Counted from the stretch's first letter, positions 39,847 to 50,169 are shown. The stretch: 64,000 nucleotides of DNA from Candidatus Riflebacteria bacterium HGW-Riflebacteria-2 (GCA_002839435.1 PGYA01000007.1:14756-78755), one strand, 5' to 3'. Numbers and translations: made by a program. The notes: generated by a model not told the origin, from the letters alone.

Positions 39847-42800
39847 ATGTACCGGATATTTCTTTATCTGAGGCGCCGCGGTTTTACGCTGGCCGAAATT
39901 CTGGTGGCGACGGTAATCGCCGGATACTGCATCATGCCGATAGTTGGCAGCATGCAGGGCGGAATCAGACATACCGAAAACTTCAATCACCGCGAAAAAC
40001 TGCGCCTGCTCGCCCGGTCGCGCCTCAATAAAGAACTTGCAGCTGGCGCTTTCGACCATTCCGCAGTTAACTCAGCCCCGGCCTACCATTATGTTTTCAG
40101 GCACCCTGTCAGCGCAGACTATATTTCCTTTGACACTGGAATGACCACCGACAATGCCAGCTTCCCTGACCTGATCACCCCTTCGGGAATCGGAATCGAT
40201 GATCTGCTGTACTCATACAGAGTCAATGTTTCGGTCAGAGAAAATGTAACCATTGCGACAACATCTTCAAGTATTGATCCCAATATGCTAAAGGGTCCAC
40301 GCGGCCTCAAAGCAGTTGTAGTTAATGCCGAACTGCTCGACGGCCCCTATGTTATAGCTACTGATTCGATAAGCTACTTTTCACTGCTGACAGTGCCGAG
40401 TTTCGGCGACCAGTTCATCTGGATTTCCAACTCGAGCATGGTGCGAATTCTGGCCGTAGATGCCAGTACCCGCTCTATTGCTGAAACATTCCAGCTACCC
40501 TACGATACGAGCAAAGCCTTCGACAAAGCCGAACAGGACCCTTTTCGACCATGGAACATCGACCTGCACCCCAGTCGTCGATTAATTGGCGTTCAGTCAA
40601 GACAAAAGATAAGGCTGCTCAACATAGACAAATCGCACTCCTCCTATCAGCAAACTTCCGGATTTGTCGATGTTGCCAGCCATCTTGGTACCGACCCGGA
40701 TCCAGCCAAAAACATTTATGCCGACGCAAAAGCTGACGCAGCCAAAGCCGAAGAAGATCGCGGCATCGTTTTTCGACCAGACGGCAAGTATTTTTTCGTC
40801 AGCAGTCATAGTGACAAATCTTTATACGTCTACAAAATCGATGTTGCCACTTTCACCGATCCGGTCTGGTGGTCACAGGCAGCAGCGTCTGTTGCTCTGG
40901 CCAAACGTTTTGGCCTGAAAGCTGCTGAAGAAGGCGATTCTGATACAGAACACGATAAATTCACCGATATGATCGCCGGCAACGATGGCTATCTCTACCT
41001 CTCCATAAAAGACAAGAAAAACATCATCAGATTTCCCATGTATCCAAACTCTTTCGCCAGCGGCTGGACTTATGAATACGTACTTAAACCAACCGTCGAC
41101 AAAACGGTAAACTCGGTCTGGACTTCAAAAGATGGCAAATATGTGTATATACTCGATGATGAGTACAGGGTCGCCCAGTTCAAATCACACCCATTTGGCA
41201 AAATAGGATACGCCACATTATTCTCAGATGAAAAAATGCGTGATTTCAAGCTTTCTCAGGACTCAAGATATCTTATGGTAACAGATGTCAAAAGTGCGTC
41301 AAACAAGGGTGGTTTGTGGATCAAGAAAATCAATGAAATCAACTTTGCCAGCAATCCCACAATCGCCGCAGTGGATATGAGCAAAGTATATCCTGGTTAT
41401 GCGCTGAAATCTGACCTCTGCGTTCTTTCTCCGACTGGTTATGAAGTTCTATTTTCGCATAAAGACAAGCCTGAGCTGTATTTTGCCGGCATCGCCAGTG
41501 CAGCGAATAATGATTACACATCAAGTCTGCCCGCAGGCCAGATACTGGTTTACGACGGCACCGGCAAACCCTGCGCCGACATCGTGACGCGTGTGCCCGA
41601 GCACATGCTGGTAGGAACAAGTGACAGCAGAATCAAATTCTTCGACCTGCACACTTTCAAATTCGACGAAGACAGAGAGATAACTGGTCTGCGCGGAGTA
41701 CCGAGAACCATCGGGGTAAGCCCGCAGGGCACCAGATTCAAGGTCGGTTATGACGATGTCGTAAGCGGCCTCGATGCCTATAACATGATAGATTCCTCCA
41801 ACATTTCGGTTAATGAACTTACAGGAAACAGCAGGATAGTTTCTTATGCCGCCGACGATGAAACAGTGCGCCATGCCAGCGGTGTTGCAACATATTCAGA
41901 TAACTTTTATGCCACTCTGGAAGTAGATGGCTCAGCTACCCCTAACGGCTACTGGTTAAGAGACGCTCCCATCGGCAGTTTTGGCGACAACAACATCGAT
42001 GCAGCCTGGGTTCCACAGGACATGAAAGCCATGCCGAAAGGCGGCTTTCTCATGCTTTACAGAAAGAGCGATGGTTCCGCCATGCTCGACTGGGTCGGCA
42101 AAATCAAATGGGGCGCCAGCAAAGGCAAATACCAGCGCTTCGCCCGCTGGATAAGTCCATCCGCACCGTCCACCCTTCCCACATCACCAGAGCCAGGAAA
42201 CCCCGGAAATGTAGACACATCGGTTGGGTGTATTCAATTGCTCCAGGCAAGCAATTTCCCAGTTGGCACGACAATAACCCATGTCACTTACACTACGGGT
42301 CCCTTTGCCGGCACAAGATATTTTACTCCAGTGATAGTAGAAATAAATGGTGGAGTAAAAACAATAAAAGACTATGCAACATCGATTTCATCAACCCAGA
42401 ACCTTACTGATATTACGTCCGCAATCTCATGGCAGGTCAATGGAGGTCTGATTCAAACGTCCAATTATTATGTCGGCTTCTGGTTTGGACAGATCGGAGG
42501 CAGCGCTGGACAGGGCTTATTCGATCATGCCAATACAGGCGGTTCTTATGGATCAGACTACGTTAACGCTGGCCCAACAGCCATAACCTCGGCACAAATT
42601 GTTGGTGGCAACCATGTAATAACTTCTGGACCTAACGATACCAACAGGCAATACCCGGTTAAATTCACCGGGACTTTACCAGTAACCAGTTCTTTCCCGC
42701 CACGCTATGCACAGAATATCGCGATCAGCCAAGACGAAGGTTTCCTGGCCATTGAAGCTTCCGGAACTCCGCATGTGGTCTATCTTTATGACTTCGCCAC

Positions 42801-45711
42801 CAACAATTTCGGTCACGAAACGCAGCTGCCCGGTTTGATCATGGATAACCGGAATACCGGCACCGATTTTAATGTGGCGGTTCCAGCCGGCTCCCGCTTT
42901 ACCGGAGGTGGAATCAAATTGAGAGAAACGTTCACCGCCAACCACGCCTGGGCATATTTAAAAACTGAGCCGGTGAATTATAACAACGCCACCACTGACG
43001 CCAAACGTGTTTTTGGCTATTTTCAGCCAAAAGGTACGGTTGATAAGTTTTATCTGATCAGAGAGGATGTAGCCAGACTCTTTGTCGATAACTCACCGCC
43101 CAATGAATTGCTTAAAATCTGGTCTCTGGCTACCACACCATACGGGCCCGGTGCAAGACAGATTCTTGCCAGCACAAGCGTATTCATACAGGCTGATCAC
43201 GGTACTGACGGCGTGGGCAATGGAGGCATAGCCCCAATGTATACCACGAATGCTGCAGTATCAACAATAACTCAACCATCGGTGTCAGGAAGTAAATACG
43301 GCACAACGGCGAACTGGCAACACATAACAGCCTCTGAGACCAGACCGCTCAATTTTCAGCCGATTTTGCTGCGCTCTTATCCGTTAAGCGGGTGTAACAC
43401 GGTTCATGATACCGCGCTGGCATTTTCGCGCGATCTCGCCAACCCGATACTGTTTCAGCTCGACCCCGGCCAGGACGACATCTGGGCGTTAAAACCCGGT
43501 GCCTCATTCACCCGAATCGATATTGGCGGGACTTTCGAAGTGTCTGACAAACAGTTTGTTGTCAGTCCCGATGGACAGAAGCTGATTTTTGCCGAAGACA
43601 CAGGCTCTAACCGAATCTTTGTAACCAATATCGGCAATCCCGACAGCTTTGCTTTTGATGGTACCCCTGTGACGCAGTCTTCTATTTCTCCGGCAAGTTT
43701 TGGCAGCCTGATAACTGCAGTCGGCTGTAGTGCTCCGCCGAAAGCGCTCGGCGTCATGCCGTTCAATTCTTACAAATCAACCTCGCGTCTCGGTAAATAC
43801 GAGCAGGTGGCTACTCTGCCAAACCTTATTTATGGCAACAACAACGCGACTCTGGCAAATGGTGCCATCTACATAATGGGCGGCGCAATTAGCGAGGGGG
43901 CAGCGCCATTAAACAAAATATACAAATTTGAACCAATGGCAACGCCGGCAACCGTTTCAACGCAAATAGCAACTCTGACTCAGACAACCAAACTCAATTC
44001 AGTTGTTGCTTACGACAACAAAATATATAGCTTCAACGGCGCCAAAAACGCCGTTGTGGGCGATGTTACCAGCTGGGTTCAGCGCTTCGACCCCGCCACC
44101 GACCAGGTAATTTCTTCATTCGATCCAGTTGCCGGAACACCGACAGAAATTCAGGTCTCGTTTAATCAAGTTAGTTTGCCATCCCCTACCACGGTTACCG
44201 ATTCTGGCGACATAAGCGGATCTGCTGGTCCAGGTTCTCAAGCATTTGATGGCAGTATTGCAATTGGTAGTGCTTGGGCAACAAATTCCAACAGCCAGTA
44301 TCTTGAATATTATGCAGGAAATACAAGTTTGTCATTTGTAGTTAATAAAATATGGGTTAATAATTCTGTTACCGATACTGATGGAGGAACACATGACTAT
44401 TCCTTTTTTGGTTATGATGGTTTATCGTGGATTCCTCTCCTTACTCACACGATTCCAGAAGCTTCTACAAACTATAGCCAAAACTTCAGTAATTCTAGCG
44501 CTTACCAAGCATATCGGTTTCAAACGACTTCAAGATGTGGCAGCTTTGCAAGCTACTACGGTGTACGTGAAATCAAATTTTATTTATCTGGTGTAATTAA
44601 AATACCTGCTGTGGCATTGACTTCCAACTCCGGGCCATCGCCGTATACTGCTTATCAAAGTAGTACGAATAGTGGAAACGACGGTTACAAAGCTTTTGAT
44701 TCTGGAATAACAACTACTTGGTGGGAGGCTGGCAACAACTCAAATGAATGGGTCGGGATTTACACAGGAAATCTCAGTGGTGAAGTTGTAAAATATGTGA
44801 GAATTCTTTGCAACGAATCGGCTGGAAGACTTAATAATTTCTGGATAGAGGGAGCTTATAACAACACTTTTTCATCCTCAGTAATTATACCATTTTCAGA
44901 TGGAGCTGCTGTTGCAGCCCATCAAAACACCAATGCCAGCTATGTTTATACATTGAATAATATCATTCCATATACTTATTATAGACTATATTGTCAATCT
45001 ACTCATGATGGTAACAATCCAAGGATATACAATGTTGAGTTTTATACTGAATCTGGAGGATTAATTTCTGCTGGCGAACCCATCATGACCAAAACCATTA
45101 CCGACGCGCGTGGTTCTATCGCAGTATCGAGCAACGCAGCCTGCCAGACACCATACGGAATCGTCATCGCCGGCGGTTATACGGGTGCGGCAACGACCAC
45201 CGCCATAGTTTACTGGCCACATGCGCTCGATGAATATACCGATGCAACCAACCATTCATTTGGCATTTCGCGCTCTCTGCCACCTCTGCCAACCAGAATG
45301 ATGATGCATTCTCTGGTCTGGCACAAGGGAAAACTTTATCGCATAGGCGGAAGGCCAGACCCATCAAGCACCGCCACCAATATTCACATTTTTGACTTTG
45401 ACTCCAACAGCTGGTCAGCTGACATTCTCTTTACTAACACCGCATATTTTTCCACCAATGCAACTCTTGCTTTACAGAAGTATTCAGCCGCGGCCTGTTC
45501 TTTTGGCGATGAGATATTTGTGTTTGGTGGTTATAACAGCAGCGGCGACCTACAAAGCACTGCATTCGCATGGAACCCTGAAAGTACCGTGGTCAGGCAA
45601 CTTGGTGACATGCCGGTAGCAAAAGCCGGCCTGACCGCCGTTCCCTGTGGCTCATCGATCTACCTCATCGGCGGCACCAGCGACGCATCCGTTTACAAGT
45701 TCACCCCATGA
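39847..45711 (+). CDS. giant (~1955 aa) type IV pilin-like protein: prepilin N-terminus fused to beta-propeller, discoidin-like and Kelch-like domains
   Basis: RBS GAGAAGGGG then ATG 39847. N-terminus MYRIFLYLRRRGFTLAEILVATVIAGYCIMPIV is a textbook prepilin cleavage/methylation motif. Lactonase-type YVYK/YVTN repeats follow. Two F5/8-C-like segments sit around aa 1400-1650. C-terminal Kelch-like blades (KLYRIGG..., EIFVFGGYNS..., SIYLIGGTS). Confidence 0.7.
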   Translation: MYRIFLYLRRRGFTLAEILVATVIAGYCIMPIVGSMQGGIRHTENFNHREKLRLLARSRLNKELAAGAFDHSAVNSAPAYHYVFRHPVSADYISFDTGMTTDNASFPDLITPSGIGIDDLLYSYRVNVSVRENVTIATTSSSIDPNMLKGPRGLKAVVVNAELLDGPYVIATDSISYFSLLTVPSFGDQFIWISNSSMVRILAVDASTRSIAETFQLPYDTSKAFDKAEQDPFRPWNIDLHPSRRLIGVQSRQKIRLLNIDKSHSSYQQTSGFVDVASHLGTDPDPAKNIYADAKADAAKAEEDRGIVFRPDGKYFFVSSHSDKSLYVYKIDVATFTDPVWWSQAAASVALAKRFGLKAAEEGDSDTEHDKFTDMIAGNDGYLYLSIKDKKNIIRFPMYPNSFASGWTYEYVLKPTVDKTVNSVWTSKDGKYVYILDDEYRVAQFKSHPFGKIGYATLFSDEKMRDFKLSQDSRYLMVTDVKSASNKGGLWIKKINEINFASNPTIAAVDMSKVYPGYALKSDLCVLSPTGYEVLFSHKDKPELYFAGIASAANNDYTSSLPAGQILVYDGTGKPCADIVTRVPEHMLVGTSDSRIKFFDLHTFKFDEDREITGLRGVPRTIGVSPQGTRFKVGYDDVVSGLDAYNMIDSSNISVNELTGNSRIVSYAADDETVRHASGVATYSDNFYATLEVDGSATPNGYWLRDAPIGSFGDNNIDAAWVPQDMKAMPKGGFLMLYRKSDGSAMLDWVGKIKWGASKGKYQRFARWISPSAPSTLPTSPEPGNPGNVDTSVGCIQLLQASNFPVGTTITHVTYTTGPFAGTRYFTPVIVEINGGVKTIKDYATSISSTQNLTDITSAISWQVNGGLIQTSNYYVGFWFGQIGGSAGQGLFDHANTGGSYGSDYVNAGPTAITSAQIVGGNHVITSGPNDTNRQYPVKFTGTLPVTSSFPPRYAQNIAISQDEGFLAIEASGTPHVVYLYDFATNNFGHETQLPGLIMDNRNTGTDFNVAVPAGSRFTGGGIKLRETFTANHAWAYLKTEPVNYNNATTDAKRVFGYFQPKGTVDKFYLIREDVARLFVDNSPPNELLKIWSLATTPYGPGARQILASTSVFIQADHGTDGVGNGGIAPMYTTNAAVSTITQPSVSGSKYGTTANWQHITASETRPLNFQPILLRSYPLSGCNTVHDTALAFSRDLANPILFQLDPGQDDIWALKPGASFTRIDIGGTFEVSDKQFVVSPDGQKLIFAEDTGSNRIFVTNIGNPDSFAFDGTPVTQSSISPASFGSLITAVGCSAPPKALGVMPFNSYKSTSRLGKYEQVATLPNLIYGNNNATLANGAIYIMGGAISEGAAPLNKIYKFEPMATPATVSTQIATLTQTTKLNSVVAYDNKIYSFNGAKNAVVGDVTSWVQRFDPATDQVISSFDPVAGTPTEIQVSFNQVSLPSPTTVTDSGDISGSAGPGSQAFDGSIAIGSAWATNSNSQYLEYYAGNTSLSFVVNKIWVNNSVTDTDGGTHDYSFFGYDGLSWIPLLTHTIPEASTNYSQNFSNSSAYQAYRFQTTSRCGSFASYYGVREIKFYLSGVIKIPAVALTSNSGPSPYTAYQSSTNSGNDGYKAFDSGITTTWWEAGNNSNEWVGIYTGNLSGEVVKYVRILCNESAGRLNNFWIEGAYNNTFSSSVIIPFSDGAAVAAHQNTNASYVYTLNNIIPYTYYRLYCQSTHDGNNPRIYNVEFYTESGGLISAGEPIMTKTITDARGSIAVSSNAACQTPYGIVIAGGYTGAATTTAIVYWPHALDEYTDATNHSFGISRSLPPLPTRMMMHSLVWHKGKLYRIGGRPDPSSTATNIHIFDFDSNSWSADILFTNTAYFSTNATLALQKYSAAACSFGDEIFVFGGYNSSGDLQSTAFAWNPESTVVRQLGDMPVAKAGLTAVPCGSSIYLIGGTSDASVYKFTP

Positions 45712-45764
45712 TTCAGGAGAAGAGGCTCACGCGGAGGCGCAGAAAGGTTATTATGACTGAAAAC

Positions 45765-45850
45765 TGTCATTGCGAGGAGGGCATCAGCCCGACGCGGCAA
45801 TCTCCATGTCCAAAAAGATTGCTTCGTTGGCTTTGCCGACTCGCAATGAC
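45765..45850. repeat. palindromic-element copy (full hairpin) downstream of the giant gene
   Basis: TGTCATTGCGAGG...GGCAATCTC...GATTGCTTCG...CTCGCAATGAC. Confidence 0.7.
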
Positions 45851-45892
45851 GGCAGGAACCTGCTCTGCGGCTCTGCGTAAGAAAAATTCTTT

Positions 45893-46507
45893 ATGAAAAT
45901 TTTGTTTAAAAAAGGTTACACGCTGATGGAATTGCTGGCCGGGCTGGCGCTGATTTCGATAGTTTCCAGTATCGTATTGCCTGGTATTGCCAACTTCTAT
46001 TCAGGCCTGCAGGTCAAAACCGAAGGCGAAATTTTTGTGCAGAACGTCAGGCTGGCTCGTTACAAGGCAATAGGAGAGCAGGCCGTCTACCGCCTGATAT
46101 TCGACACCGACCCTGTGGTTACGCCGCCATTGGCCTATCGTGTACAAACCCACGCTGCTTATGACGACCCACCTATCGGCACATATGACTCAGGTTCCTA
46201 CGACGACGGCGACTATAACAGCACAAACTGGTTCGATGCGATCGAAGCCGAAGAAATCATTTTCGACACCGGCACCGAAATCAAAACCAACCTGCCGCAG
46301 GTGCTTTATTTCTGGCCAAATGGGCAGATATACACAGATCCAGATATAAATAGCCCGTTTGCAACACCGATTCCAGAATACTACATCGCTTTCAGCTACG
46401 GAAGTGCCGGGATCAAGGTTGTCGTTACCCCAATGGGTATTTTCAGTTCTGAATCTTATGCTGCCGATATTGTAGATGCCGAAGATGACAGCGAGGTTTT
46501 GTGGTGA
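45893..46507 (+). CDS. pseudopilin (GspH-like)
   Basis: MKILFKKGYTLMELLAGLALISIVSSIVLP is a prepilin motif with Glu5. Confidence 0.65.
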   Translation: MKILFKKGYTLMELLAGLALISIVSSIVLPGIANFYSGLQVKTEGEIFVQNVRLARYKAIGEQAVYRLIFDTDPVVTPPLAYRVQTHAAYDDPPIGTYDSGSYDDGDYNSTNWFDAIEAEEIIFDTGTEIKTNLPQVLYFWPNGQIYTDPDINSPFATPIPEYYIAFSYGSAGIKVVVTPMGIFSSESYAADIVDAEDDSEVLW

Positions 46508-47013
46508 ATAAAAAGGGGTTTTCGCTGGCTGAGATAATCGTTTCCACAATTGTCATGACCATGCTGATGGTGAGTGTCATTGGCTACATTCAGTACAGCG
46601 GCGAAATCTGGCAGGACGGTTACAGCAAAATTTCAGGTATTAACTACATGCGTATGACCACCGAAATACTGCGACAGGACCTGCTGCGGGCGGTAACCAT
46701 TGCATCGCCAAGCGCAGTTCTTGGAGGAAATGCCACTCCGACTGCCCAGCTTAACTACAGAATATCAGGGCTTCCCGGCAGTTTCACAATAAGAATCGCT
46801 ACAGACAGTGATTTGCTGCTGAGATTATCAGACGGAGTTGCCGCCATGAATAATCGTATAGCAAAAAATGTGGCATCGTTCAGCGTAATGCGCATCTCAA
46901 CCTGGACGCTGCAGATACATATTCAGATTCATAACGATATCACTGAAGAAGATGAGACCTACCGGATAATCGCCAGTGACACATTGTCTTTTATGGCACC
47001 AGGCGCGGGATGA
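46501..47013 (+). CDS. pseudopilin
   Basis: VNKKGFSLAEIIVSTIVMTMLMV is a prepilin motif. GTG start overlaps the upstream stop. Confidence 0.6.
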   Translation: MVNKKGFSLAEIIVSTIVMTMLMVSVIGYIQYSGEIWQDGYSKISGINYMRMTTEILRQDLLRAVTIASPSAVLGGNATPTAQLNYRISGLPGSFTIRIATDSDLLLRLSDGVAAMNNRIAKNVASFSVMRISTWTLQIHIQIHNDITEEDETYRIIASDTLSFMAPGAG

Positions 47014-47022
47014 GGAGCAACC

Positions 47023-47688
47023 ATGAACATTGAAAAGCCTCGTGGGATGGCCGGTACTATATTGGTAATTCTGATTTTCGGGCTGCTGGTTTCGATATCT
47101 ACTGCCTATATCAAAATGGTACAAACAGAGACTCAGGTTCAGGGTATGATCGACAACTCCGATCGCGCGCTCGACGCTGCATTTTCAGGTGTCAACATGG
47201 TAATTGCCATTTTACAGAGCCAGGAAGATAAAATTCCCTTCATAAACGACACGACCACAGCGAAATCAAGAATCTATTTCATCCGACCCGGCTATCTCTC
47301 TACCGACTGGCTTGGGATCAATATCAACCCTCTCACCTCAGCAAGTTTTCCAAACGCTACCAGCAGCGACTGGTTTTATCTGAACGAGAGTCTTGATCTT
47401 TTTGACTATGGCGACACTGGCAGCAGCACAAAACCATATCAATTCAGAACACACTCTTACCCCGGAACAACGGGCGCCGGTGTAATCATACCGGCAAGCT
47501 ATACGATCAAGTCACAGGGTCGCTTTCTTGTTTATGGTCCAGACCAGACAACGGTTCTTGCAACTTATACCTCGCAAATCATAGCGGACTGTTCTATAGA
47601 TTTCACCCGCAAAGTAATTCAGCTTAAACGCTGGCGTTATATGCCATACGAAGACAACGCCTCATTTGCCAAAGCAGTTTACTACTGA
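47023..47688 (+). CDS. PilX/GspK-like minor pilin
   Basis: RBS GAGGAG. N-terminus PRGMAGTILVILIFGLLVSISTAYI is a PilX_N-like anchor without Glu5. Confidence 0.5.
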   Translation: MNIEKPRGMAGTILVILIFGLLVSISTAYIKMVQTETQVQGMIDNSDRALDAAFSGVNMVIAILQSQEDKIPFINDTTTAKSRIYFIRPGYLSTDWLGININPLTSASFPNATSSDWFYLNESLDLFDYGDTGSSTKPYQFRTHSYPGTTGAGVIIPASYTIKSQGRFLVYGPDQTTVLATYTSQIIADCSIDFTRKVIQLKRWRYMPYEDNASFAKAVYY

Positions 47689-47745
47689 TTCAAGGTTGAA
47701 CCCCTGCAAAGATCGCTGCTTAAAGCATACCCCACCACCCTTAAA

Positions 47746-47913
47746 AAATCTGCGTTAATCGGCGGCATCACCCGGGCGCTTCCATCCTGATGCGCCCAAG
47801 TATCACCCACATCCTGTGGGCGACTGCGGATGTTCTCCTTCTTCTCCGGGTTTCTGCTCTTCTGCCCAAAGATTTCCGGCTGCCTTCTTTGCGGCTTTGT
47901 GTCTCTGTGCGAG
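47746..47913. repeat. composite MITE-like repeat, copy C (longest, ~170 bp)
   Basis: Contains all three modules in order: AATCTGCG..AATCGGCGGC, ATCACCCGGGCGCTTCCATCC...GCGGATGTTCTCC, and CTTTGCGGCTTTGTGTCTCTGTGCGAG. Confidence 0.7.
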
Positions 47914-47951
47914 GTATTGTATAATAGAGAAAATGCGGGGCGGAGGTTTTT

Positions 47952-48578
47952 ATGGCGGGATCGACAAAGAAAAAGCAGCAGCGGTATTCTTACGCAGATT
48001 ATCTGACCTGGGATGACGACAATCGTTACGAGATAATCGACGGTGAAGTATTCGATATGACTTCGCCGAGTTTGCTTCACCAGAGCATAAGTGGTGAATT
48101 GTTCAGACAAATGGCAAACTATTTTGAAGATAAGCCATGTAAAGTATTCGCAGCACCTCTAGACGTGCTGCTGGCAAAGAATGCCAGCAGATCGGACGAA
48201 GTATTTACCGTGGTGCAGCCTGATATCATGGTCGTCTGCGACCCGAAAAAACTCGAGGAACGCGGCATAGTCGGCGCGCCCGACCTGGTGGTAGAGATTA
48301 TCTCGCCGTCAACTTCATCGAAAGACAACATTATCAAGCGCCGGGTCTACGAGCAGGCCGGCGTCAGGGAATTCTGGCTGATAAGCCCGGTCGAGCGTCT
48401 GATCAGGGTGAACAAACTCGGCAAAGACGGCCGCTTCGAGCGCGAAGAAATTTATGACGACACGGCAGAGATCGAGATTGCGCAGTTTGCCGGTTTGAGC
48501 GTCGACTGCCGCCGGCTGTTTCCACCCCTGCCGAAAGTTAAACGGGTAAAATCGCCACCACCACCAAAGTATGGGTGA
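47952..48578 (+). CDS. Uma2-family (DUF820) putative endonuclease
   Basis: YSYADYLTWDDDNRYEIIDGEVFDMTSPSLLHQ...VVQPDIMVV...GAPDLVVEIISPST matches the Uma2 consensus. Confidence 0.8.
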   Translation: MAGSTKKKQQRYSYADYLTWDDDNRYEIIDGEVFDMTSPSLLHQSISGELFRQMANYFEDKPCKVFAAPLDVLLAKNASRSDEVFTVVQPDIMVVCDPKKLEERGIVGAPDLVVEIISPSTSSKDNIIKRRVYEQAGVREFWLISPVERLIRVNKLGKDGRFEREEIYDDTAEIEIAQFAGLSVDCRRLFPPLPKVKRVKSPPPPKYG

Positions 48579-48673
48579 GATTCTCTTGACGCGGTCTGTT
48601 GTACATGCGATATAATAAAGATTGAAAAACGCGATGCTGTTCTCGTTGAAACTTTGCAAGCGGAGATGTGTTT

Positions 48674-48970
48674 ATGAGCCCGGAAGTATCTGAGGTCATC
48701 AGGATTCTTTCAAGCCTGAAAGCCGAAATTAAAGCGCGATTCAAGGCTGATCTCAAAGGAGTTTTCGGTTCTTTCGCCCGCTCTGAAGCAACCCCGGACA
48801 GCGATATCGACATTCTCGTCGATTTTCTGCCATCTGCGAACCTTTTCGATATGGCCGAGCTTACACTTTATTTAGAAGACAAGCTGCATCGCAACATCGA
48901 CCTGGTGCCAGAAAGTGGCATCAGAACGGAATTACGGCAAACAATTCTGCAAGAGGCAATCATGCTGTGA
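48674..48970 (+). CDS. mntA: minimal nucleotidyltransferase (MntA-type antitoxin)
   Basis: [27 protein letters not shown] is the NTase GS-x9-DxD motif. Its stop overlaps the HepT start. Confidence 0.75.
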   Translation: MSPEVSEVIRILSSLKAEIKARFKADLKGVFGSFARSEATPDSDIDILVDFLPSANLFDMAELTLYLEDKLHRNIDLVPESGIRTELRQTILQEAIML

Positions 48971-49308
48971 GAAATTTTGTTCTATACCTCGAGGACATTC
49001 TTGCAGCTATTCTTGCCATTGAAGAATTCGTTAAGAACATGGATCTGCAAGGGTTCAAACTTGACGACAAGACCTCGAGCGCGGTGATTCGCAAGTTCGA
49101 AATCATTGGCGAAGCAGCCAAAATGGTGCCCGTAGAAGTTCAGGAGAAATACCCAGAAGTTCCATGGCGAGCCATGGCCAGAATGTGCGACAAACTCATT
49201 CACTTTTACTTTGGGGTGCAACATGAGCTGGTCTGGCACACCATAGCTGATTCTCTGCCAGCCCTGAAGCCACATATCGAAAAGGCGATATCTGAACTGA
49301 AGAATTAA
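48967..49308 (+). CDS. hepT: HepT-like (DUF86) toxin
   Basis: About 113 aa with a DUF86-like helical pattern. It contains R-x4-HxY-like KLIHFYF. The pairing with the upstream NTase supports the call. Confidence 0.7.
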   Translation: MRNFVLYLEDILAAILAIEEFVKNMDLQGFKLDDKTSSAVIRKFEIIGEAAKMVPVEVQEKYPEVPWRAMARMCDKLIHFYFGVQHELVWHTIADSLPALKPHIEKAISELKN

Positions 49309-49430
49309 TATTATCAGATTGCGATTGCGCCGTTTGCTGGTTTGAGCATCGACTGCCGCCGGCTGTTTCCACCCCTGCCAAAGCCGAAAAAAGTAAAATC
49401 GCCGCCAGCGCCGAAGTATGGGTGATGGTA

Positions 49431-49754
49431 TCAGCTCATTGCCAGCTGGGTTCGAATAGCCTTTTCGACTTTGATCAGATCGTCTGATGAAATGTTGCTG
49501 AACAGGTTAGCGAGACGGGTTTTGCTGACTGTCGTTATCTGGTCGGCCATGGCCTTTACCTGGCGACCGCCCAGCGTCACATAAGCCTCGCTGGGGTAAA
49601 GTCGGTCGGTGCTGGTAGTCAGCGGTATGACCTGAACACGATTGAGAAAACGATTTGAAGAATCATTACTGACTATAATTGCCGGGCGGGTCTTTTTTAT
49701 TTCACCGCCAGCCGCCGAAGCAAAATCGACCCACCAGACTTCACCACGGTTCAT
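49431..49754 (-). CDS. mazF: MazF/PemK family toxin
   Basis: GEVWWVDFASAAGGEIKKTRPAIIVSND...VQVIPLTTS matches the PemK/MazF consensus. Confidence 0.8.
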   Translation of the reverse strand: MNRGEVWWVDFASAAGGEIKKTRPAIIVSNDSSNRFLNRVQVIPLTTSTDRLYPSEAYVTLGGRQVKAMADQITTVSKTRLANLFSNISSDDLIKVEKAIRTQLAMS

Positions 49755-49971
49755 CTATGGTTTCTCCAAGGGTTCCTTCGCACCATTCTTCGGCTTCACG
49801 TTCTCTTGCTTCGTCTTTTGCCATTTTTTTGTATTCAGAATCGAGAGAGTTGCCCAGAACATGTGGCCGCAGCAAATCTTCGATAAACTGGCTGATTTTG
49901 CCGCGGCCGATAACCCGGTGCAGCCTTTCGTATACCTGTTCGTCGAGCGTGATAGTCAATTTTTTATGCAT
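49741..49971 (-). CDS. antitoxin (RHH/MazE-like) partner of MazF
   Basis: 76 aa, MHKKLTITLDEQVYERLHRV, with an acidic C-terminus. It overlaps mazF by 14 nt. Confidence 0.6.
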   Translation of the reverse strand: MHKKLTITLDEQVYERLHRVIGRGKISQFIEDLLRPHVLGNSLDSEYKKMAKDEAREREAEEWCEGTLGETIDEPW

Positions 49972-50053
49972 TTACGGATCCCTCAATACGTATTATACAC
50001 GTATATATTGCAACTTGTCAAAACTGACAGCAGCAAATGCTGCCAGTTTCAAA

Positions 50054-50144
50054 AAATCGGCGGCAATCGGCGCAATCTGCGGTTTCTGCTCTTCTGGCCT
50101 AAGTTGGCGGCTGCATTCTTTGCGGCTTTGTGTCTTTGTGCGAG
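50054..50144. repeat. composite MITE-like repeat, copy D (internally deleted)
   Basis: AATCGGCGGCAATCGGCGCAATCTGCGG...CTTTGCGGCTTTGTGTCTTTGTGCGAG. Confidence 0.65.
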
Positions 50145-50169
50145 AAAATGACCGGCGATTAATGCAGCG

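Noticed and set aside
47816-48016. ORFs containing …FFAALCLCAR… (also 49642-50151 and 49679-50275)
   Set aside because: They read through the CTTTGCGGCTTTGTGTCTCTGTGCGAG repeat module. The same peptide occurs at each copy. They also overlap real TA genes on the opposite strand.
36555-50150. Possible CRISPR array among the intergenic repeats
   Set aside because: Repeat copies are kilobases apart, differ in length and are not separated by uniform spacers. No cas genes are present.
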